DNA of 64,000 nt from Caldanaerobacter sp. (GTDB taxonomy: Bacteria > Bacillota > Thermoanaerobacteria > Thermoanaerobacterales > Thermoanaerobacteraceae): assembly GCF_049701115.1 (NCBI RefSeq), contig NZ_JBNATX010000001.1, positions 166,698-230,697 of the forward strand. The letters are read 5' to 3'. The notes below the pieces were generated by a model, which did not search any database, was not told where the DNA came from, and was given only the letters and a program-made list of their open reading frames with translations. Positions within the stretch are counted from its first letter, which is position 1. Each line of letters starts with the position of its first letter. Below are positions 57,013-64,000 of the stretch, piece by piece. The position numbers and the translations under genes are program-made.

Positions 57013-58611
57013 TCAGTATTTAATTATTTCCTCGGCTATTTCTTTAAAAATAGGGGCAGCCTTTACTCCTCCTGTATCTCCGTTTTTAACAAATACAGCA
57101 ATAGAATACTTTGGATTTTCATAAGGCACAAAGCCCACAAACCAAGCATGATATATATTTAATTCTTTGTTGACCTCTGCAGAACCTGTTTTCCCAGCAC
57201 TTTTGCAAAAAGTCTCTGCTCTTTTCCCTGTCCCTTCCGGGTCAACCACCACTTGCCTCATCATATACCTCAAAATTTGAGCCGTATCGCTTTTCAAAAC
57301 CCTATAGGGTTCACGGGGTAAAAATCTCTTGATTTCTTTTCCATCGTCATCTACTATTGCCTCCACGAGTCGGGGAATGTTTCTTACACCCCCATTTGCA
57401 ATAGTAGCTACTATATCGGCAGCCTGAAGCGGAGTCATAAGTACCTCTCCCTGACCTATCGAAAGATTTCCAATGCCAGCACCGTACGTGTCAGAAAGCT
57501 TTGGAAGCCTTCCTACATGTTCGGGTATTGGAAGTCCATCATCTTTTTCTATACCAAACTTTCTTGCCATCTCCAAAATAGCATTTGCACCTGTTATCTC
57601 ACCTATCCTTATGAAAGTTGTATTGCAGGACACAGCAAAACCTTTGACTATGTTTATAAAGCCATGACTCTCTCCTCTAAAATCGTGAAAAATAACTCCA
57701 TTTATATCATAGCTTCCACTGCAGTAAAAGGTATCTTCTAAGCTGACTTTCCCAGATTCTAAAGCTGCTGCAGCAACTATGATTTTAAAAATAGATCCAG
57801 GAGGATAGCCAGATACGGCTTTATTTATAAACTCTTCATTAGTGCTTTCCAGATAATCTTCTATCCTGTTCTGATCAAAATTGGGTCTACTAGCCATTGC
57901 CAGTATATCACCTGTCGTCACTTCTAACACAACTGCCGCTCCTTCTATACCATGCCTATCAAGTACGTCTTCTACTACTTTCTGTATATGGTAGTCAAGG
58001 GTAGTCTTTATGCCAAAAACTTTCTCTTGAGCAGTTTGTATTTTCACTCCCAACCCTTTTATATAATCACTTCTGCTGCCATCAGTAAAAACCGCGATGC
58101 TGTCGCTGGCATCCGTAGTCAAAACTTTATCGAAAGTCTCCTCAAGCCCCATTTTTTTATCTCCAATGTATCCTATGACATGTCTTGCGAGAGAATTTGA
58201 AGAATATCTTTGAGGAAGTTCAAGTGTAAAAATCCCTACAGGCAGGTTCAAATTTAAATCCTTTTTAACCTCATATTTAAGGTAATCTTTATTTTTTTTA
58301 AAATCTTCTTTAATTTTTTCTAGAGGAAGTTCTGTAATTTTGCTGATAATCTCTATGGCTTTCCCTTTATCCTCCATCATCTTTGGTATGGCAAATACAT
58401 ATCTCCTGTAGTCCCTATCTGTAAAGGGAATCATGTGTCTATCGTAGATTTCTCCTCTTCTATTCAATAATTTGAAACTCTTAATCCTTTGCTCCATAGC
58501 TTTTGAAGAGTAAAAGTTGTAATTTATAATCTGTATATAAAAAAGTCTCGCAACCAATGCAAAAATCAGAAAAGCCATAACCGCTCGCAGAAACACTATC
58601 CTTTTCCCCAT
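57013..58611 (-). CDS. Class B penicillin-binding protein (PbpI/SpoVD-like)
   Basis: N-terminal TM, PGSIFK, SCN and KTG motifs. Confidence 0.88.
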   Translation of the reverse strand: MGKRIVFLRAVMAFLIFALVARLFYIQIINYNFYSSKAMEQRIKSFKLLNRRGEIYDRHMIPFTDRDYRRYVFAIPKMMEDKGKAIEIISKITELPLEKIKEDFKKNKDYLKYEVKKDLNLNLPVGIFTLELPQRYSSNSLARHVIGYIGDKKMGLEETFDKVLTTDASDSIAVFTDGSRSDYIKGLGVKIQTAQEKVFGIKTTLDYHIQKVVEDVLDRHGIEGAAVVLEVTTGDILAMASRPNFDQNRIEDYLESTNEEFINKAVSGYPPGSIFKIIVAAAALESGKVSLEDTFYCSGSYDINGVIFHDFRGESHGFINIVKGFAVSCNTTFIRIGEITGANAILEMARKFGIEKDDGLPIPEHVGRLPKLSDTYGAGIGNLSIGQGEVLMTPLQAADIVATIANGGVRNIPRLVEAIVDDDGKEIKRFLPREPYRVLKSDTAQILRYMMRQVVVDPEGTGKRAETFCKSAGKTGSAEVNKELNIYHAWFVGFVPYENPKYSIAVFVKNGDTGGVKAAPIFKEIAEEIIKY

Positions 58612-58633
58612 AAAAATAGCTCCTTTCAGGAAC

Positions 58634-58662
58634 CATTATTCCCAAAAGGAGCTTTTTTAAAC
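58634..58662 (-). promoter_or_regulatory. SigmaF-type promoter of the PBP gene, embedded in a hairpin
   Basis: GTTTA-N14-GGGAATAATG inside the agctccttt/aaaggagct inverted repeat. Confidence 0.45.
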
Positions 58663-59880
58663 ATTGCTTTTAGCTTCTCTTCTTAAAATATAAAGCTCTT
58701 CAACAGGATTAATAACCGGAATTTTCACTATCATCTGCGGATGGGGAGCTACCTCTATCTTTTTTCCTTCCTCATCCCACATCTTTTCAATCTTCTGCTT
58801 AAATTGAACTTTAGGTCCTATAATTTCCACTTCGTCTCCAACAAACATCCTGTTCCTCTGCTCTACAACCGCTATCCTCGCCTCAGGGTCATATCTCTTG
58901 ACAATGCCCACAAAGTCATGGGTGCGGATGTATTTAGAAGACTCATAATTTTGAGCATCCGCTCCTGGCCTGCCAAAATAAAAACCTGTGGTAAATCCTC
59001 TGTGGCTTGCCTTCCCCACTTCCTCAAGAAGGCTCCTGTCAAAAACGTAATCCTTCCCTTTTTCAAGGTAATCGTCAATTGCCTTCCTATAAGCCCGTGT
59101 AACTACCGCAACATAATATGCACTCTTGTTTCTCCCCTCAATTTTAAAACTTGTAACTCCAGCTTCTACCAATTGAGGAATGTACTCTATCATGCACAGG
59201 TCTTTTGAATTCAAAATGTAGGTACCTCGCCCGTCCTCCTCAATAGGAAAATATTCGCCCGGCCTTTTTTCCTCCATCAGGTAATATTTCCACCGGCAGG
59301 GCTGCGCACATTCCCCTTTATTAGCGTCTCTTCCCGTCAGGTAATTGCTCAAAAGGCATCGCCCTGAATAGGATATGCACATAGCACCGTGCACAAAAGC
59401 CTCCAATTCTAAAGAAGGAGGTGTCTTATCCCTTATTTCTCTTATTTCCTTTAAAGAGAGCTCTCTTGCTAAGATTATCCTCTTTGCTCCTAATTTGTGC
59501 CAGAAGTTTGCAGTCAAATAATTTACAGTATTAGCTTGTGTGCTTATGTGTACATCTATCTCAGGAGCAATTTCTTTAACTATAGAAAAAACTCCTAAAT
59601 CAGAGACAATAAAAGCATCTACTCCGAGGTCTGCAACCTTTTTTATATAATCTGGAAGTTCTTCTAAATCCTCATTACGAGGGTATATATTTATGGTTAT
59701 ATAAGCTTTTTTATTGCTTTTCTTAAGAATTTTTATTCCTTCCTTTATTTCATCAAGAGTGAGTCCCACATAAGCCCTTAAACTGTAATTTTGACCACCA
59801 AAGTAGACAGCGTCTGCCCCATATTTTACGGCGACCTTTAGCCTTTCCAAATCCCCAACTGGCGCCAAAAGCTCTAACAT
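58657..59880 (-). CDS. U32 family peptidase (TrhP/YrrO-like tRNA hydroxylation protein)
   Basis: ELLAPVG, HISTQ, HGAMCISYSGRC, GECAQPCRW, FKIEGR. Confidence 0.88.
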   Translation of the reverse strand: MLELLAPVGDLERLKVAVKYGADAVYFGGQNYSLRAYVGLTLDEIKEGIKILKKSNKKAYITINIYPRNEDLEELPDYIKKVADLGVDAFIVSDLGVFSIVKEIAPEIDVHISTQANTVNYLTANFWHKLGAKRIILARELSLKEIREIRDKTPPSLELEAFVHGAMCISYSGRCLLSNYLTGRDANKGECAQPCRWKYYLMEEKRPGEYFPIEEDGRGTYILNSKDLCMIEYIPQLVEAGVTSFKIEGRNKSAYYVAVVTRAYRKAIDDYLEKGKDYVFDRSLLEEVGKASHRGFTTGFYFGRPGADAQNYESSKYIRTHDFVGIVKRYDPEARIAVVEQRNRMFVGDEVEIIGPKVQFKQKIEKMWDEEGKKIEVAPHPQMIVKIPVINPVEELYILRREAKSNV

Positions 59881-59883
59881 AAA

Positions 59884-60522
59884 TCACTCCTCCCTAATGC
59901 TTAAAGCCAATCCATCTCCTAAAGGCAAAATAACCGTGTAAAAATGCTTATCTTTTTTTAACACTTCTATAAATTCTCTCATCCTGTACACAATCGTCCT
60001 TCTCTTGTGCTTCACGTGTTTTTCTCCAACCACATACCCTTTATAAAGGATGTTATCCCAGAGGACAATCCCATCTTGTGGAATAAATTCTCTTATCTTT
60101 TTGTAAAACTCAAAATACTGGCCCTTTGCTGCATCTACAAAAATAAAATCATATTTTTTTGTCAGATTCTCCAGTACCTCTTCTGCTTGTCCGCAGATTA
60201 AATCAATCCTTTCCTCTAGATCAGCTATTTTAAAGTTTTTCTTTGCAATCTCAGCAAGGTTTATATCCCTTTCAATTGTAACAATTTTAGACTTTTGATA
60301 GGACCTTGCCATTATTATGGTGGAATATCCTATGGCTGTTCCTATCTCCAGTATATTAAGAGGTTTTTTAAGCCTCACCATAAAGCTCAAAAAAGCAGCC
60401 ACTTCAGGCTTTGCTATAGGAATGTAATTTTCTTCTGCAAATTTTCTCAGTGGCTTTAAGTCTTCATACAACTCCTCGTGAAAAGACCTTATAAACTGTA
60501 TATCATGATAGGTTATCTCCAT
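59884..60522 (-). CDS. O-methyltransferase (TrmR/YrrM-like)
   Basis: LEIGTAIGYS, FVDAAKGQY, GDGL. Confidence 0.88.
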   Translation of the reverse strand: MEITYHDIQFIRSFHEELYEDLKPLRKFAEENYIPIAKPEVAAFLSFMVRLKKPLNILEIGTAIGYSTIIMARSYQKSKIVTIERDINLAEIAKKNFKIADLEERIDLICGQAEEVLENLTKKYDFIFVDAAKGQYFEFYKKIREFIPQDGIVLWDNILYKGYVVGEKHVKHKRRTIVYRMREFIEVLKKDKHFYTVILPLGDGLALSIREE

Positions 60523-60534
60523 CGCCTCAACCCT

Positions 60535-61581
60535 TCATTTCCTGTTTTTCTCTTGTTCAATTTCTCTTTGGGCTTTTAGATGGTCTTCATAAGTTTTAGT
60601 AAAAATATGCGTACCATCTCCCTTGGCCACAAAATAATAATAATCATGCTCAGAAGGGTTTAAAGCAGCCTCAATGGATTTTAAACCAGGATTACAAATG
60701 GGCCCAATCGGAAGTCCGTAATGTTCATAGGTATTATAAGGAGAATCAACTTTTAAATCTTGGTATGAAAGCACTTCCTTATGAGTTCCCAGGGCATATT
60801 CAACTGTAGGACAAAGTTCCAGTTTCATTTTTTTCTTCAACCTGTTATAAATAACCCCTGCGATAATAGGCCTTTCCTTATCCACCACTGCCTCTTTCTC
60901 TACGATAGAAGCCACGATGACAACCTCATCGGGAGTCATTCCAACTTTTTGAGCTTTATCCTTAATCACACTCTCATAAACCTCATTAAATCTTTTTAGC
61001 ATCATATCTATTATCTCTTTTTCATTATAATTCACAGGGATAAAATAAGTGTCAGGGAAAAGATATCCTTCTAACCTATTTGGCCTATCCTTTGGGATAT
61101 TTTTTAAGAAAGAATACTCAAAATCTCCATTCTGCGCTACTTCTAAAAACTTTTTCTCATCGACAAGCCCTGTTTGAGCCAATTTTTTTGCTATATCTTT
61201 AACAGTATACCCTTCGGGAATTGTGACTTTAAAAACATCCATTTCGGATTTTCCTGCTGCTATTTTTTCAATAATCTGATCAACCGTCATATTCTGACTT
61301 AACAAATATTTCCCAGCCTTAAGCTTGCCATCTGCTTTTAATATTTTTGCCCTCCAAACAAAAAACCACTCATTTTTAATCAAATTTTTTTCCTTTAAAA
61401 GCTTTGCTATCTGGTGAGCAGAATAACCACTAGGTATATTAACAACCACTTCCTCTGATGCCCTTATAGACACTGGCTTAAAAAGGCTTTGATAATAAAA
61501 AGAAGCAGAAACAAAAAGGAAAATTAAAGCAGCTATAAGTATAAAAAATTTACTTTTGCCTTTTGTTTCGACTTTATTCAT
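60535..61581 (-). CDS. mltG: Endolytic transglycosylase MltG
   Basis: LEGYLFPDTY, ASIVEKE, SPYNTY...GLPIGPICNPG; start at ATG 61581. Confidence 0.94.
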   Translation of the reverse strand: MNKVETKGKSKFFILIAALIFLFVSASFYYQSLFKPVSIRASEEVVVNIPSGYSAHQIAKLLKEKNLIKNEWFFVWRAKILKADGKLKAGKYLLSQNMTVDQIIEKIAAGKSEMDVFKVTIPEGYTVKDIAKKLAQTGLVDEKKFLEVAQNGDFEYSFLKNIPKDRPNRLEGYLFPDTYFIPVNYNEKEIIDMMLKRFNEVYESVIKDKAQKVGMTPDEVVIVASIVEKEAVVDKERPIIAGVIYNRLKKKMKLELCPTVEYALGTHKEVLSYQDLKVDSPYNTYEHYGLPIGPICNPGLKSIEAALNPSEHDYYYFVAKGDGTHIFTKTYEDHLKAQREIEQEKNRK

Positions 61582-61663
61582 CTTATTTCTCTCCTTACAG
61601 GGGTATACATAAATTATATAATTAATCAAAAATAAAAACAAGTAAGCCTAAAAAGCTTACTTG

Positions 61664-62134
61664 TCAGAGAGAATATCTATCTTTTATCCTTTTATAAGCG
61701 ACTAGAACAGCGTAACCAAATACACCCGTCACAATCGCCTCACTCAATGCAATGTCGATTGCAACAATGTAATAAGGCATTTTTAGAAAATAGCTCACCC
61801 ATATCGAAACAAACAAAGCATTCAAAATGATAGGGGGCAAAATAGCCTGATAAAACTTTTTTGCTTTTGATGTAAGGTACGCAGCTATAAGAGTTACAAA
61901 ACTCCCTCCTAAAATATCTATAATGCCAAAGGGACTCCCTATATTCGCCAAAAGACATCCAATGAAAACCCCCCAGATGGCAGCCGGTTCTATCATCGGC
62001 AAAACCACTAAAGCCTCTGAAAGCCTAAACTGAATAGGGCCATAGGAGACACTGCCGAGCAAAAAAGTCACTGCAAAATAAATTGCTGCAATAACCCCCG
62101 CCTTTACAATGTATCTTACATCGATTTTACCCAT
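61664..62134 (-). CDS. queT: QueT transporter family protein
   Basis: SYGPIQFRLSEAL, GCLLANIGSPFG..D. Confidence 0.85.
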   Translation of the reverse strand: MGKIDVRYIVKAGVIAAIYFAVTFLLGSVSYGPIQFRLSEALVVLPMIEPAAIWGVFIGCLLANIGSPFGIIDILGGSFVTLIAAYLTSKAKKFYQAILPPIILNALFVSIWVSYFLKMPYYIVAIDIALSEAIVTGVFGYAVLVAYKRIKDRYSL

Positions 62135-62156
62135 TTCCCTCTCTCCATTCTTTGTG

Positions 62157-63821
62157 TTAAATTTCCATTATAATAGGCAGTATCATTGGATTTCTTTTAG
62201 TTTTCTCATACAGGAAATTGCTTAAATTATCCTTTATCATGGATTTTATAGTAGCCCATTCGTTTATCTCTTCTTTTTCGCATTTTGCCAAAACTTCCCG
62301 CACAACATTCTTTGACTCTTCCATCAAATCCTCGGATTCTCTAACATACACAAATCCACGAGAAATAATGTCTGGACCTGCTATTACCGCTCCCGTCTCT
62401 TTGGAAATGGTCACAACCACAACCAAAAGACCATCTTGAGCCAGATGCTTCCTATCTCTTAATACAATATTACCCACATCTCCTACGCCCAATCCATCTA
62501 CTAACACCTTACCAGCCGTTACCGTACCCGCAATTCTGCCTGAATCCTTTGTAAACTCAAGCACAGTCCCATTATCCACGACAAAGATGTTTTCTGGCGG
62601 CATTCCAAGACTTTCAGCAAGCTTTGCGTGTTGCACAAGATGTCTGTACTCTCCATGGACTGGTATAAAAAATTTCGGTTTTATAAGGGTGTGCAAAAGT
62701 TTAATCTCTTCCTGGCAGGCATGTCCAGAAACATGTATATCTGCTAAAGCTTCATAAATTACATTGGCACCCTTTTTAAAAAGCTGATTTATCACCCTTG
62801 AAATTAGCCTTTCATTACCAGGGATTGGAGAAGCAGAGATTATCACCGTGTCACCCGGCACAATTTCAACTTTCTTATGTTCAGAAGAAGCCATCCTGGT
62901 GAGAGCCGACATGGGTTCTCCTTGACTTCCAGTAGTTACTATGACTACTTTATTGTGGGGAAGTTTATTTGCTTCATCTAAATCTATCAAAAGTCCCTCT
63001 GGAACCGTCAAATATCCAAGCTCCATGGCTACATTTACTACGTTTATCATACTCCTTCCAGATATTGCTACTTTCCTCCCGTATTTCTGAGCAGAATTTA
63101 TTATCTGTTGGACTCTGTGAATATTTGATGCAAAAGTCGCTACAATTATCCTTTGTTCGGCCTTTCTGAAAAGATTATCAAAAGTTTCTCCTACAGTTCT
63201 TTCGGACATCGTATAGCCCGGTCTTTCAATGTTTGTGCTGTCGCAAAGCATAACCAGTACGCCTTTTTCTCCAAGTTGAGCAAAACGGTGTAAATCCGGT
63301 ACTTCCCCATCTATTGGAGTAAAGTCGATTTTAAAATCCCCTGAATGAAAAACCGTTCCTATCGGAGTGTGAATAGCCAGAGCCGCCGAATCCGCAATGC
63401 TGTGAGACGTCCTTATAAATTCCACTTTAAACTGCCCGATTTCTACTGTCTCTCTTGGTTTTACAGTGATTAGTTTGCTGTCTCGTAAAAGGCCGTGCTC
63501 TTTTAATTTATACTCCACAAGACCTATCGTGAGTCTCGTGCCATAAATTGGGACGTTGAGCTGCTTCAACACGTAGGGCAGAGCCCCTATATGGTCTTCA
63601 TGCCCATGGGTGAGCACAATAGCTTTAACTTTTTCCCTATTTTTCAATAAATAAGTAATGTCGGGAATGACGAGGTCAATTCCCAACATCTCATCGTCAG
63701 GGAAAGCGAGGCCACAGTCTACTACAATAATGTCATTTCCATACTCGAATACAGTCATATTTTTGCCAATCTCATTTAACCCGCCCAAAGGAATTATCTT
63801 CAGTTTTGCCTTGTGTGCCAA
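62157..63821 (-). CDS. rnj: Ribonuclease J
   Basis: GGLNEIGKNM, THGHEDHIG, HVSGH, RNPMILP; TTG start. Confidence 0.97.
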   Translation of the reverse strand: MAHKAKLKIIPLGGLNEIGKNMTVFEYGNDIIVVDCGLAFPDDEMLGIDLVIPDITYLLKNREKVKAIVLTHGHEDHIGALPYVLKQLNVPIYGTRLTIGLVEYKLKEHGLLRDSKLITVKPRETVEIGQFKVEFIRTSHSIADSAALAIHTPIGTVFHSGDFKIDFTPIDGEVPDLHRFAQLGEKGVLVMLCDSTNIERPGYTMSERTVGETFDNLFRKAEQRIIVATFASNIHRVQQIINSAQKYGRKVAISGRSMINVVNVAMELGYLTVPEGLLIDLDEANKLPHNKVVIVTTGSQGEPMSALTRMASSEHKKVEIVPGDTVIISASPIPGNERLISRVINQLFKKGANVIYEALADIHVSGHACQEEIKLLHTLIKPKFFIPVHGEYRHLVQHAKLAESLGMPPENIFVVDNGTVLEFTKDSGRIAGTVTAGKVLVDGLGVGDVGNIVLRDRKHLAQDGLLVVVVTISKETGAVIAGPDIISRGFVYVRESEDLMEESKNVVREVLAKCEKEEINEWATIKSMIKDNLSNFLYEKTKRNPMILPIIMEI

Positions 63822-63908
63822 ATACCTTTCTCCTTTCGTTTATATATTTTCTACCCCTCTCCCCTTTTTAAATAAAAATAGACCCGTACCTTACACCAGT
63901 TAATATAA

Positions 63909-63937
63909 ATTATACTTTATTTCTACACTTACTGCAA
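63909..63937 (-). promoter_or_regulatory. SigmaA promoter of rnj
   Basis: TTGCAG-N17-TATAAT. Confidence 0.7.
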
Positions 63938-64000
63938 TAACCATAAAACTTTACATTGTGATCAACAATCTTAAAATCTTTTGTTTTTTCAATAAGTTTT

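Noticed and set aside
62134-62157. preQ1 riboswitch upstream of queT
   Set aside because: Only about 22 nt separate rnj from queT and no aptamer motif is visible.
1168-63903. The many plus-strand ORFs in the track (e.g. 1168-1602, 16688-17143, 31043-31510, 53909-54346) and the minus-strand 61740-61958
   Set aside because: They are shadows of well-supported genes, with no recognisable domains or RBS and with antisense-typical composition.

Overview
A 64 kb core-chromosome segment of a low-GC, spore-forming thermophilic Firmicute; protein style and gene order suggest Thermoanaerobacteraceae (inference). Every long gene is on the minus strand. In transcription order (high to low coordinates) the window holds: rnj-queT-mltG-trmR-U32 peptidase; a sporulation PBP; an intact sigK; yqeG-aroE plus a complete type IV pilus cluster and aroK; an endonuclease IV-like gene, proBA, aroQ, an M24 peptidase and efp; an acidic zinc-ribbon protein; spoIIIAA-AH; asp23-nusB-folD-xseAB-ispA; the ~550 nt OLE RNA and oapA; dxs-tlyA-nadK-argR-recN; spoIVB and spo0A; a five-gene steA-steB-GT2-MraY-like-DUF3866 operon; nudF and an EndoQ-like nuclease; spoIIM; an XerD homologue; dacF-spoIIAA-AB-sigF; a dodecin; spoVAC/D/E; a tRNA nucleotidyltransferase, site-2 protease and scpAB; ytfIJ and dacB; and a PyrK-like/FAD oxidoreductase pair. 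The strongest leads are: (1) the actinobacterial-type SteAB operon coupled to glycosyltransferases and DUF3866; (2) an unannotated 33 aa MciZ-like peptide with a sigmaE-type promoter, the only plus-strand gene I can support; (3) an intact XerD homologue that has lost nearly all catalytic residues and has a sigmaH-type promoter; (4) the OLE RNA/OapA locus, a known but mechanistically unresolved system; (5) a sigmaG-driven dodecin with an N-terminal membrane or signal segment. I saw no CRISPR array, rRNA, tRNA or transposase. All assignments come from reading the sequence and recalled family knowledge; no searches were run.
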